A DNA stretch of 64,000 bases from Deltaproteobacteria bacterium (GTDB lineage Bacteria > Desulfobacterota_D > UBA1144 > Nemesobacterales > CSP1-2), in the NCBI GenBank assembly GCA_052390235.1, contig JBQTHB010000005.1, positions 467,440-531,439 of the forward strand, written 5' to 3'. Below the pieces are notes generated by a model, which was given only the letters and a program-made list of their open reading frames with translations, was not told where the DNA came from and made no database searches. Of this stretch, positions 21,957 through 31,348 are shown in pieces (position 1 is the stretch's first letter; the number at the start of each line of letters is the position of its first letter). The translations under genes were made by a program, and so were the position numbers.

Positions 21957-21994
21957 ATTAATCTAATGTGAAATCAATGTTAAGATTTGGTTAA
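21957..21994 (-). promoter_or_regulatory. Pho-box-like 11-bp-period repeats upstream of the porin
   Basis: Minus strand TTAAC-N6-TTAAC-N6-TTCAC-N6-TTAAT. Confidence 0.75.
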
Positions 21995-22308
21995 GAATGG
22001 ATGGATGCCCGCCGTAGCGCGAGGCTAAATTGCTCTGAAATGCTAGTAAATTAGGGCAGTTGGCGAGGGGTTAGCTCTCCGGCTAAATCCCCCCGCATAA
22101 GCCGGCGCCGATGCTTCTTCTACCAAAAACCGAGAAATTCCGCCGTCTTTTCGTCCAACTCAAAGTGGGTTGGCTGTTGCAGGTTTCTGCCTCCTGCGAG
22201 GTAGCGAGGTTCTGTATCTGTACCCCCTTTATTGTTTTAGCCGGCGTTGCTCTCCCCATCAATCGCGAGATGCGGCGCCGGTTAATTTCCTTTGCGCTTC
22301 TCTCCCGC

Positions 22309-23124
22309 TTAAGTCGCCGCCCCTCTGAAGAAATATACGATTAAAATCAGAGCGGCAAGGGCCGTGCGATAGACGAAAAAAACCGTATAGCTCTGCTTCT
22401 GAACGAACTTCATGAGATACTTTATAGAGAGTAATCCAAAAATAGCGGATGAAGCTATCCCGGCTACGAAAGGCGCGCTCGCGATAAGCTCCGCGCTCAA
22501 GTGCCTCCCTTGAAACACTATCGCCCCGAGAATAAGCGGCGCGCTAATGAGAAATGAGAACCTCGCCGCCTCTTCCCGCCTGAGATTTTTAAGAAGCCCC
22601 CCAGTTATCGTAATCCCCGAGCGGGATACGCCGGGAATTATCGCTATAGCCTGAAACACCCCCATGACGAGGCAATCGCCAATGGTCATCTCCTCCATTG
22701 ACCTCTTCTTTGCCGAGATTTTATCCGCAATGTACAGCGCGAGACCAAAGATGAAAACCGAAAACGCAATCGCCGCCGGATGCCTCAGCGCCCCTCCCGC
22801 CAGATCCTCTAGGAGATACCCCGAAAGCGCTCCGGGTATGGTTGCGAGAATTATAAAAGCGCCGATTTTGCCGTCCGGGTTATTTTTAAATCCCCCTTTG
22901 GGCAGAGCCTTGAGAAAATTCAATATAATCCTCTTCCAATCGCTCCAAAAATAGTAAAAAACGGCAAAAAGCGTGCCGACATGAAGAGCCACGTCAAAGG
23001 CAAGCCCCGGGTCCTGCCACGAGAGAAACCATGGAAACAGCGCCAGATGCGCCGTGCTACTTATCGGAAGAAACTCCGTAATCCCCTGCACTGCCCCCAG
23101 AATCACTGATTGCGCTAAGTCCAC
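22309..23124 (-). CDS. uppP: Undecaprenyl-diphosphate phosphatase
   Basis: QGITEFLPISSTAH, PGVSRSG, AARFSFL. Confidence 0.97.
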   Translation of the reverse strand: MDLAQSVILGAVQGITEFLPISSTAHLALFPWFLSWQDPGLAFDVALHVGTLFAVFYYFWSDWKRIILNFLKALPKGGFKNNPDGKIGAFIILATIPGALSGYLLEDLAGGALRHPAAIAFSVFIFGLALYIADKISAKKRSMEEMTIGDCLVMGVFQAIAIIPGVSRSGITITGGLLKNLRREEAARFSFLISAPLILGAIVFQGRHLSAELIASAPFVAGIASSAIFGLLSIKYLMKFVQKQSYTVFFVYRTALAALILIVYFFRGAAT

Positions 23125-23147
23125 CCTGCCGCCCTCCTTTCTAAAAA

Positions 23148-25910
23148 TTATTTCAGTACTGTCCTCAAAAATTTCCCAGTGTGCGAGCCTTCAATCCCGC
23201 AGACCTCTTCGGGCGTTCCGGCGGCGGCAATGAACCCTCCCGCATCTCCCCCCTCCGGTCCGAGGTCAATTAGATAATCCGCGCACTTTACGACGTCCAA
23301 ATTATGCTCTATCACAATCACCGTATTCCCCATATTCACTAGCCTCTGAATGACCTCAATTAATCTGCGCACGTCCTCGAAATGAAGCCCTATCGTAGGC
23401 TCATCCAAAATATAGAGCGTTCTGCCCGTTGCCCGTCGCGAGAGTTCTTTCGAGAGTTTTACGCGCTGAGCTTCTCCGCCCGAAAGGGTAGTGGCCGCCT
23501 GCCCGAGCCTTATGTACTCCAGCCCGACATCGTGAAGAACCTGAAGTTTATTCTTTATTTGAGGCGCGCTCCCAAAGAACGCAAGCGCCTCGCTTACGGT
23601 CATATCTAGCGCGTCGGCTATGGTTTTCCCCTTATACCTGATTTGAAGCGTTTCCCCCCCGTACCGGCTTCCCCTGCAGGCTTCGCACCTCACATAGACG
23701 TCCGGCAGAAAGTGCATCTCAATCTTGACGACGCCGTCCCCTTTGCACTCCGCGCACCTGCCGCCTTCAACGTTAAAGCTAAACCTCCCGGGCCCAAAAC
23801 CCTTTGCTTTGGCTTCGGGAATCATCGAGAAAAGCTCGCGGATACCCGTGAACAGCCCCGCGTATGTCGCAGGATTAGACCTCGGCGTCCTGCCTATCGG
23901 CGATTGGTCAATGTTGATTATTTTATCGAGAGCCTCGCCCCCGACGATGCCCCTATGCCTGCCAGCCCTCTCCTTGCTCCCGTAGAGTGTCCGCGACAGG
24001 GCCGCATACAGCGTGTCAATTACAAGTGTGCTTTTCCCAGAGCCTGACACGCCCGTAACGCAGGAGAAAACCCCTAGGGGAAATGCGGCGTCAATGTTTT
24101 TTAAATTGTTCTCCGACGCCCCTTTTACAGTAACGAACCCTTTCGGATGCCTTCTTAGCTCTGGAGTCGGGATTTGAACCCTCCCCGAAAGGTACTTTCC
24201 CGTGAGCGATTTTTCGTTTTGAGCTATTTCCTCGGCGCTCCCTTCGGCTACAACCTCTCCTCCGCGCTCCCCCGCTCCGGGCCCCATATCAACGATAAAA
24301 TCCGAGCTTCTCATCGTCTCTTCGTCGTGTTCAACGACGATAACCGTGTTTCCCATGTCTCTTAGTGCTTTGAGCGTTTCAATCAGGCGCAGGTTGTCCC
24401 TCGGATGTAGCCCTATCGTAGGCTCGTCCAGCACATAGGTAATGCCAGTGAGTTTTGACCCTAGCTGAGTGGCGAGCCTTATGCGCTGCGCCTCCCCGCC
24501 AGACAGCGTAGTAGCCCCCCTCTCAAGCGCGAGGTATCCGAGACCCACGTTCAGAAGAAATCTAAGCCTCGAGTCTATTTCCTTAATCACCCTCTCGCCA
24601 ATCAGTAAGTCTCTTCCCGCGAGGCTCAAATCCGTGAAAAATTTAAGACACCCCTCAACGCTCATTCTCACCACGTCGCGAATTGATTTTTCATCAATCA
24701 GCACCGACAGGCTCTCCCGCCTGAGCCTAGCCCCGCCGCAGTCCGGGCAGGGCGTGGAATTTATATATTTAGAGAGCGATTCCCGTATCATCTCCGACTG
24801 CGTTTCTTTAAACCACCTCGACATCGTCCCGATAACCCCTTTGAACCCCCCATCGGGCTTGTCCCCCCCAGAGCCGTGCAGGAGCATCTCCCTGTGCCGA
24901 GCCGGTAATTTCCCTATCGCCTCGCCGAGGCTGAATCCGAGCCTGCGAGATGCCGCTTTGACGAGCCGCATGAAGTATTCGGAGCTTTTCCAAGGGATTA
25001 TCCCGCCCTCTTCAATGGATTTCTCCCAATTAAATATTAGCTCCGGGTCAAAAAATGTCTTTACGCCTAACCCCTCGCACCCCTCGCACGCCCCGTAAGG
25101 GCTGTTAAATGAAAAGAGCCTGGGGGAAATTTCCGGGTAGCTCACCTCGCAGACCGCGCAGGAGAACCTCTCGCTGAATACTAGCCCCCTGCCGCTTCTC
25201 GTCTCTATTTTGACCACCCCGCCGCCTCGCTTCAGCGCGAGTTTCAGGGAATCGCCGATTCTGCGCCTAAGGTCATCTCCCCGTAGCTGAAGAACGTCAA
25301 TTAACAACTCTATCGTGTGCTTCTTCTGTTTTTCGAGTCTTATTTCCTCGTCGAGGTCAAAAATCTCTCCATCAACCCTCACCCTCAGAAATCCCGATTT
25401 TGCCAGCTCCTCCAACTCTTTGCGGTACTCCCCTTTTCTCCCCCTAACTATTGGGGCAAATATTGAGACCCTCTCTCCCGCCCCAAGCCCTATCAGCCTG
25501 TCCGTCATCGTCTCTAAGCTCTGAGGCGATATCTCCGCTCCGCATTTCGGGCAGTGCGCCTTCCCAATGCGCGCGAACAGCAGTCTTAGAAAATCGTAGA
25601 TTTCGGTTATCGTCCCCACGGTCGAGCGCGGATTCCTCTGAAATGTCTTCTGGTCAACCGAAACCGCGGGCGAGAGCCCCTCTATCGAGTCCACGTCGGG
25701 CTTGTCAATTTTCTCGACAAACTGCCTCGCATAAGCCGATAGCGACTCCATATACCTCCTCTGTCCCTCGGCAAATATCGTGTCAAAGGCAAGCGAAGAC
25801 TTCCCGGAGCCGCTCACGCCGGTTATAACCACGAGCTTTCCCCTCGGAAGAGCGAGACTTATATTTTTGAGATTATGCTCCCTAGCGCCGGTGATATTAA
25901 TCGAGTCCAA
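23148..25910 (-). CDS. uvrA: Excinuclease ABC subunit A
   Basis: GAREHNLKN, two GVSGSGKS Walker A, LSGGEAQR x2, zinc fingers. Confidence 0.99.
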   Translation of the reverse strand: MDSINITGAREHNLKNISLALPRGKLVVITGVSGSGKSSLAFDTIFAEGQRRYMESLSAYARQFVEKIDKPDVDSIEGLSPAVSVDQKTFQRNPRSTVGTITEIYDFLRLLFARIGKAHCPKCGAEISPQSLETMTDRLIGLGAGERVSIFAPIVRGRKGEYRKELEELAKSGFLRVRVDGEIFDLDEEIRLEKQKKHTIELLIDVLQLRGDDLRRRIGDSLKLALKRGGGVVKIETRSGRGLVFSERFSCAVCEVSYPEISPRLFSFNSPYGACEGCEGLGVKTFFDPELIFNWEKSIEEGGIIPWKSSEYFMRLVKAASRRLGFSLGEAIGKLPARHREMLLHGSGGDKPDGGFKGVIGTMSRWFKETQSEMIRESLSKYINSTPCPDCGGARLRRESLSVLIDEKSIRDVVRMSVEGCLKFFTDLSLAGRDLLIGERVIKEIDSRLRFLLNVGLGYLALERGATTLSGGEAQRIRLATQLGSKLTGITYVLDEPTIGLHPRDNLRLIETLKALRDMGNTVIVVEHDEETMRSSDFIVDMGPGAGERGGEVVAEGSAEEIAQNEKSLTGKYLSGRVQIPTPELRRHPKGFVTVKGASENNLKNIDAAFPLGVFSCVTGVSGSGKSTLVIDTLYAALSRTLYGSKERAGRHRGIVGGEALDKIINIDQSPIGRTPRSNPATYAGLFTGIRELFSMIPEAKAKGFGPGRFSFNVEGGRCAECKGDGVVKIEMHFLPDVYVRCEACRGSRYGGETLQIRYKGKTIADALDMTVSEALAFFGSAPQIKNKLQVLHDVGLEYIRLGQAATTLSGGEAQRVKLSKELSRRATGRTLYILDEPTIGLHFEDVRRLIEVIQRLVNMGNTVIVIEHNLDVVKCADYLIDLGPEGGDAGGFIAAAGTPEEVCGIEGSHTGKFLRTVLK

Positions 25911-25994
25911 TGTATTTATCCTTCAATCAATCGCAACGCAGATGGAAAAGTTCTGAGTCTGAAGCCGAGACCCCGTCCCCCTTTTGCGATAGTC

Positions 25995-26684
25995 TTAATC
26001 CCCGCGGCATCTGCCAACGAACGCCCTGAATATCCTATCCGACACCCCTCCGCCCTCTCTTTCAGGATGCCACTGTAGCCCAAGTATAAAATCCGAATCC
26101 GCCGACTCTAGGGCTTCGACCACCCCGTCCGCGCTCCTCGCCGTTATTCTTAACCCCCTCCCGAGCGCGTGTACCGATTGGTGATGGTAGCTCTTAACAG
26201 AAAAACCCCTCTCTCCCGTAATCCTATGCAGAAGCGAACCCTCTTCAACCCCCACCTCGTGAACCGCTCCCATCTCGTGAGCAAGGGGGCTGGGAATAAG
26301 CGATGGAATATCCTGATAAAGCGAGCCGCCGAAAAATACGTTGATTGTCTGCATCCCTCCGCACACGCCGAGTATCGGGATGCGCGCCCTCAGGGCTTCT
26401 TCAATTATTATCAGCTCGGACTCAGTCCTCGCCGGGTGCATGGTCCTGAGCTTCGGATGTGGACTCTCGCCGTAGAGCCTAGGGTCCATATCTCTGCCGC
26501 CGGGCAGAAGGATTCCGTCTAGGTTCGCAACAATCCCTTGCAAAAATGACTTATCCGGCATTGACGGCACAAGCACGCAAACGCCGCCGACACTGGCAAG
26601 CGCCTTTGAATATGGGGCGTCCATGGAGAAACTCTCGTCCTTTATGTCGGTGGTTATGCCGATGAGCGCGCTTTTTCGTCGCAT
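25995..26684 (-). CDS. Gamma-glutamyl-GABA hydrolase-like (peptidase C26, class I glutamine amidotransferase fold)
   Basis: LLPGG.D, LGVCGGMQ, S.HHQ, QWHPE. Confidence 0.9.
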   Translation of the reverse strand: MRRKSALIGITTDIKDESFSMDAPYSKALASVGGVCVLVPSMPDKSFLQGIVANLDGILLPGGRDMDPRLYGESPHPKLRTMHPARTESELIIIEEALRARIPILGVCGGMQTINVFFGGSLYQDIPSLIPSPLAHEMGAVHEVGVEEGSLLHRITGERGFSVKSYHHQSVHALGRGLRITARSADGVVEALESADSDFILGLQWHPEREGGGVSDRIFRAFVGRCRGD

Positions 26685-26769
26685 GACGGAATTTTAATTG
26701 AAAATACGGGGGTGTGATAGGCTAGAGCTTTTGAAATTTATAATTTTAGATTAGTATTACTAATATATT

Positions 26770-27285
26770 TTGATAAAAAATATCCCCAGTAGAAAAATTC
26801 ACCTGTTCTTTACCCTCTGCTCCATACTATTCGGCTGGGCGGCTTATTCTTTTTTTGAACAGTCGGCCCGCTTTCAAAACCCGGTAAGCGATCTGCCCTT
26901 GTACCTCTTCCTCCCAATACATTTTGCTGCAACGCTTGTGGTCTATTATCTATCCCTGCGCGTGGATATTGCGGATAAAACAAACGACTTCTCGAGAGTC
27001 GGAGAGTGCGCAGTCATCTTTACCTTCGCCCCGGTGATTTCGCTCATATTCCCCGCGCTCTCTTTCGCCGGCTTATACCCCGCTTCGATGGCTAGAGTGC
27101 ATCTGGCGATTATCTTCTACACCGCAGTTTCGTTTGCCGCCATTGCGCTGGCTCAGTACCTATCAATTAAAATGCTGCGGAGCGCGAAAAAGAAGCCGGC
27201 CAGGAGTCTAACTAGCCTCTTGGCAGTGATTGTACTGCTCGGAGTTTCCTATCTGAGCTTGGTAATTATAGGGATTCTGCCCTAG
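26770..27285 (+). CDS. Hypothetical membrane protein (~5 TM)
   Basis: 171 aa, several hydrophobic segments, fills gap before tRNA-Met; TTG start uncertain. Confidence 0.6.
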   Translation: MIKNIPSRKIHLFFTLCSILFGWAAYSFFEQSARFQNPVSDLPLYLFLPIHFAATLVVYYLSLRVDIADKTNDFSRVGECAVIFTFAPVISLIFPALSFAGLYPASMARVHLAIIFYTAVSFAAIALAQYLSIKMLRSAKKKPARSLTSLLAVIVLLGVSYLSLVIIGILP

Positions 27286-27343
27286 GAACGGATTTCTCAG
27301 AGATTGAAAAACCTTGGGATTTGCTTGTGAGGAGTAATTAAAT

Positions 27344-27420
27344 TGGTTGCGGGGGGAGGATTTGAACCTCCGACCTTCGGGTTATGAGCCCGACGAGCTG
27401 CCAGTCTGCTCCACCCCGCG
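27344..27420 (-). tRNA. Initiator tRNA-fMet(CAT)
   Basis: CGCGGGG..CCCCGCA-A-CCA with C1:A72 mismatch; GGG/CCC anticodon stem around CT-CAT-AA. Confidence 0.97.
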
Positions 27421-27523
27421 TCCGATAGCCATTAAAGATATTTGACTTTATCGCGGATGTCAAGATTTTTGAGCGGCTTGCGATAATTCCACCCAGCTCC
27501 AATGAGGCGCACGTGAAATTCTC

Positions 27524-27644
27524 TTGACAATAAATTTCGATTGTGATGTAATCTGCCCCAGAGAATATTGGAGAAAAATTTGAAACTATGCGTCTAACCT
27601 CGATAAAGGTGGATATTGACAATATTTGAGCTGTGTGTTGTAAT
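27524..27644 (+). promoter_or_regulatory. Twin promoter-like direct repeats
   Basis: TTGACAATA-N9-TGTG-N-TGTAAT at 27524-27552 and 27616-27644 (17-bp spacer in both). Confidence 0.65.
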
Positions 27645-27773
27645 TCTCCAATGTTTAATTTATAATCAGTCGAAAGACGGAAGTTTAGCAATGTCGTCTC
27701 CTAACATAAAGTTGAATCCTGATAAGCGAACATTAACACTGAGGCTCAAAAATAATTAAACAGGAGGGTATCT

Positions 27774-28952
27774 ATGTTTAAAATTTTAGATTCGAATAAA
27801 CAAAAAAGGAGGAGATGGTCTATGTCGAAAAGTATTTTGGGCAAGATAAAATATCTTGTTTTAGCGTTAGCGTTTCTTTCTGTTGCTCCGCTTAGCGATA
27901 ATTCCTGGGCGGGCGGAATTGGCGGCGGCGGTCTCAACATTCCGGTAGCAGTAGTGGATACGGATAATGATGCCGGCGTATTTCAGCTTTATTACTTCTG
28001 GGATCTCCGCGGCGGGGAGAGCTTCGTACAGCTCACCAACACGGCTCCCATCAGCCAGGCTTTCCACATTCAGGTTTTTGATGTCTCCAGAAACTGTCAG
28101 GAGTTTGATTTCTTCGATAGATATACCCCGTTTGACACGCATGTATATAATCTTAGAAGCCTAACCAGCAACGGCGCTCCAGGTATCGGCGTAGGTGAAG
28201 CCCCGATTCTAACCGACGGATACGGCTTTGTCGTAGCCACACTGGTTGATTCAACTGGGCCTGGCGGCGGCAATATCACCATCGGCAACGCCCTTGGAAA
28301 CTTCAGAATTATCCGCGACGAGGGCTATGAGTACAGAACCAACGCCGCTGGAATTTCAATCCTATCCATAGTGTTGTCTCTTCAGAATCAGGCGGCCGCA
28401 GTGGGACCTGCCGCTCTAGCCGTTCCGTTCGCGGGAGTTGACGGCGCTCAGTTTGTTGACATAGTCGGTATTCCGGTTGTTCCGCTCTTTGACGTCAACA
28501 CCTTTACCGGCTCAGGCACGGTGTCTGCGGCTGGAACGATATTTGCCGCTTTCAGCGCAAATATTTTTGACCAGAACGAACAGCCCACTAGCTGTAGCCC
28601 GGTGGCGTTTGCCTGCGACCTAACCGATTCAGCCTTGAGAGATACGGTTCTCGATCTCCTTGGAAGTAACTTTACCTTGGGCTTTGACCTCGGAATCAAC
28701 CAGCGCTATATCGCGAGCCGACCTGAGGCTAACGACGGCGACAGCATCTGCCTTGGGCAGGACACGGCTGGGCAGCTTCGCCTTGAGGCTATAGTTCCCC
28801 TAAGCGCGATATTCGTAGGCTTCTACGGCGTGAACAACGGAGACGGCACGGGTAGCATGGATTCCATGTTCTCCCTTCCTTTCTTCAACGTCGGATTTGA
28901 GGACGTTTTCGGGATACAGCCTATTCTTGAAACCTTCGGCTTACTGCCGTAA
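27774..28952 (+). CDS. Secreted protein of unknown family, paralog A (alternative start 27822)
   Basis: Signal peptide (..DNSWA); shares Q.(T/S)NTA, CQE..F.D..TP.DTHVY.L, GN.R.I and D..EQ..SC with the next gene; no C-terminal TM. Confidence 0.85.
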   Translation: MFKILDSNKQKRRRWSMSKSILGKIKYLVLALAFLSVAPLSDNSWAGGIGGGGLNIPVAVVDTDNDAGVFQLYYFWDLRGGESFVQLTNTAPISQAFHIQVFDVSRNCQEFDFFDRYTPFDTHVYNLRSLTSNGAPGIGVGEAPILTDGYGFVVATLVDSTGPGGGNITIGNALGNFRIIRDEGYEYRTNAAGISILSIVLSLQNQAAAVGPAALAVPFAGVDGAQFVDIVGIPVVPLFDVNTFTGSGTVSAAGTIFAAFSANIFDQNEQPTSCSPVAFACDLTDSALRDTVLDLLGSNFTLGFDLGINQRYIASRPEANDGDSICLGQDTAGQLRLEAIVPLSAIFVGFYGVNNGDGTGSMDSMFSLPFFNVGFEDVFGIQPILETFGLLP

Positions 28953-28966
28953 CGAGGAGTTGAAAA

Positions 28967-30487
28967 ATGTTATCTGAAATAGAAAAAATAAAAATTTACA
29001 AAGGAGGAGAAATCATGTTGAAGAGGTTGAAATTAAAATCTATGTCTATAGCTTGTATGATGCTCCTTTTCATCGGGTTTAGTCTCGGTGAAGCTATGGC
29101 GCAAACACCTCAGCTATGCCCGCAGAGACCCTTCTCTACGGGAATCCTTGTGCTCGATTCTAACCCCGCGCCGACTGCCAACTTTGCCGCCGCGCTACTT
29201 GGAACCGTAGAGCTTAACGGCGGAGACGTTACCGGCGGAATTGACTGGATGTACAGCAGTTTTCTCGGAATAGCCAATATCGGCGGCTTTGAAACAGTCA
29301 TCGGGAGCTTGCTCAACACCAATATCAGCGGCTCTCAGATAGTCTCTTGGTTTAGCCAGGTAGGCGGAAGAAACACAAACATACAGGTATCTAACACCGC
29401 CAGAGGGCAGTGCCTTTTTGGCGGCGCTAACTTTTCTGGAGGACCGCTTGAGTGCGGAGACGTTAACGACTGCGTTCAGGCGACAGGCGAGAATACCTGC
29501 GTTGACATCAGCGGCGACGGAGTGGCTGACACCTGCGAATTTTCGGGTGAAGCCTGCGCAGTTGACGGCGATTGCACCCCTCAGGCTTGCGGCTCGGCTT
29601 TGGTTGCCGTTCACGTAGAGATACTCGGCGAGGACTGCCAGGAGATAATAAACTTCTGCGACGCTTTTACCCCGCTTGACACGCACGTTTATGACCTTGG
29701 AAATTTGATGAGAAACATTGGCGGCGCGGTTGCAGGAGCGAGCATTATAGACGGCAGAGAGGGTACTTTTGTTCTTACCCCCGTTGTTTCCTGCCCGGCT
29801 AATAACGCCATAGCCTTTAACAACCTCATCGGCAACATGAGAATGATTGACACCGCCCTAGACGTTGACTTCGGCACAAACGTTTATACCAGATTAGCCG
29901 ATTCTATTGCCTGCCCAACCGTTGACACAAACGGGCTTGGCGGAAACATCTTCGACGGAAGCAATGTGCTTGACGGCTCCTTAGCCTGCCAGCATATAAC
30001 TTATTTCCCCGACCAACTCGTGAAAGACTTTAATACAGTTGGCGGGCTTGCAGCGGCGGATTTTGTACACATTGCCATATCTGACTTTTACGACCCGTTT
30101 GACAATGAGTACTCAGTAAATAACGCCCTGCTCCCGACCCCGTTTGTGAGCTATCAGCCGGCTGTATATGACGCCTCTGAGCAGTTCATAAGCTGCCCCG
30201 ACGTCAACCTCTGCTTTGCTAGACTCGGCGTGGATGCACCTCTGCCTTCTACGGACGACCTAGTGCTTCCGACACCGACACCGGCTCCGACACCGGCTCC
30301 GACACCGACACCGGCTCCGACGCCGGCTCCGACAGCAACTCCTCCTCCTCCTAGCGGTGGTGGTGGTGGCGGCTGCGCGATTGCCGCAGAGCCGACCGGC
30401 TTTGGAACATCAATGGCAAATATTCTTATCACTCTAATTCCGGCGGCTGTTATCGGTCTTAGAGCGGTGAGAAGAAGAAGAAAATAA
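28967..30487 (+). CDS. Surface-anchored protein of unknown family, paralog B (alternative start 29015)
   Basis: Signal peptide (..EAMA), same domain, 8-Cys insert, PT/PA linker, SGGGGGGC + TM helix + RRRRK. Confidence 0.88.
   Translation: MLSEIEKIKIYKGGEIMLKRLKLKSMSIACMMLLFIGFSLGEAMAQTPQLCPQRPFSTGILVLDSNPAPTANFAAALLGTVELNGGDVTGGIDWMYSSFLGIANIGGFETVIGSLLNTNISGSQIVSWFSQVGGRNTNIQVSNTARGQCLFGGANFSGGPLECGDVNDCVQATGENTCVDISGDGVADTCEFSGEACAVDGDCTPQACGSALVAVHVEILGEDCQEIINFCDAFTPLDTHVYDLGNLMRNIGGAVAGASIIDGREGTFVLTPVVSCPANNAIAFNNLIGNMRMIDTALDVDFGTNVYTRLADSIACPTVDTNGLGGNIFDGSNVLDGSLACQHITYFPDQLVKDFNTVGGLAAADFVHIAISDFYDPFDNEYSVNNALLPTPFVSYQPAVYDASEQFISCPDVNLCFARLGVDAPLPSTDDLVLPTPTPAPTPAPTPTPAPTPAPTATPPPPSGGGGGGCAIAAEPTGFGTSMANILITLIPAAVIGLRAVRRRRK
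30269..30334 (+). repeat. Coding tandem repeat (Pro-Thr/Pro-Ala linker)
   Basis: 30-bp unit CCGACACCGACACCGGCTCCGACACCGGCT x2.2, one mismatch. Confidence 0.9.
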
Positions 30488-30548
30488 AACCTATTGAGTT
30501 TTGCGCGGGGTAATGAGACCCTGCCTGCTTGATACGGATTGAAGTCAG

Positions 30549-30590
30549 AGCCGAGGGAGCTAACCAGCTTCCTCGGCTTTTTATTTTTAT
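30549..30590 (+). terminator. Intrinsic terminator closing the surface-protein operon
   Basis: AGCCGAGGGAGC..GCTTCCTCGGCT-TTTTATTTTT. Confidence 0.85.
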
Positions 30591-30824
30591 CAGCCTGATG
30601 TGAGGCGCGCAGGCGGGGCGGGATAAATATCAGCCATTGCCGCAAGTTTGGCGGGAGGCTCTGATTCTATAACACAATCGGTTTCTATATCCGACTTAGT
30701 TCACCGTGAGCTGAGTTATAGCCGCCCGATGAGGTCATTCGGACAGACCTGACACGATAATATAAAACTTAGCTAAAGGGCGAAAAGCCATAGGAGATTT
30801 AGGGAGTTGCGAGAAGGGGAGGGG

Positions 30825-31331
30825 TTAATTTTTTGCAACCGATACTACGGCTAGCACAATCATCGTTATCCCGATAATGCCTTTGACTAGTGTTCCGCTG
30901 AGTTTCCCAAGGAAAGCCCCCCAGCCGGACTGCACAGCTTGGTCGAGTCCTTTTCTCTCTATCAGCTCAACAATAAACGCTCCGGCGAATGCGCCGACGA
31001 AAGCCCCTATCACAGCGCCGATACCGAAGAAAAGCGGAGCGCCAACTATAGCCCCGGCAACCCCGCCTATGATTGAGCCGACAACCGCTTTATTGCTTGA
31101 TTTGCGTTTTTTTGCTCCGGCAATGCCTAGTGCAAAGTCGAGAACCTCTGAAAGGGCGGCTAGTATCGCCAGAATTATGACCGTCTCCGTTGTGATTTGG
31201 CTAAACTCGCCGTACCAGCCGTATAAAACCGCCGCCGCGAGTATGATGAACGCCCCTGGAAGCCCGAAAACGAGCGAAATCAGACCGCCCAAAGCCGCGA
31301 TGAAAAATAGAATAAACGCGAGATAATCCAT
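30825..31331 (-). CDS. DUF456-family membrane protein
   Basis: LPG, Gly-rich IIGG..GA...F.GAF..EL, WGAFLG pattern. Confidence 0.8.
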   Translation of the reverse strand: MDYLAFILFFIAALGGLISLVFGLPGAFIILAAAVLYGWYGEFSQITTETVIILAILAALSEVLDFALGIAGAKKRKSSNKAVVGSIIGGVAGAIVGAPLFFGIGAVIGAFVGAFAGAFIVELIERKGLDQAVQSGWGAFLGKLSGTLVKGIIGITMIVLAVVSVAKN

Positions 31332-31348
31332 TTATTAATTAATATAGC

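Noticed and set aside
25911..25994. LexA box upstream of uvrA
   Set aside because: No recognisable CTGT-N8-ACAG or GAAC-N4-GTTC palindrome
27338..27691. 117-aa ORF on the minus strand
   Set aside because: Overlaps tRNA-fMet and promoter DNA; spurious
30269..30372. CRISPR-like or contingency repeat
   Set aside because: No spacers; in-frame Pro/Thr/Ala and Gly codon repeats of a protein linker
27344..30590. Genomic island integrated at tRNA-fMet carrying the surface genes
   Set aside because: Genes lie on the 5' side of the tRNA; no integrase or duplicated tRNA 3' end
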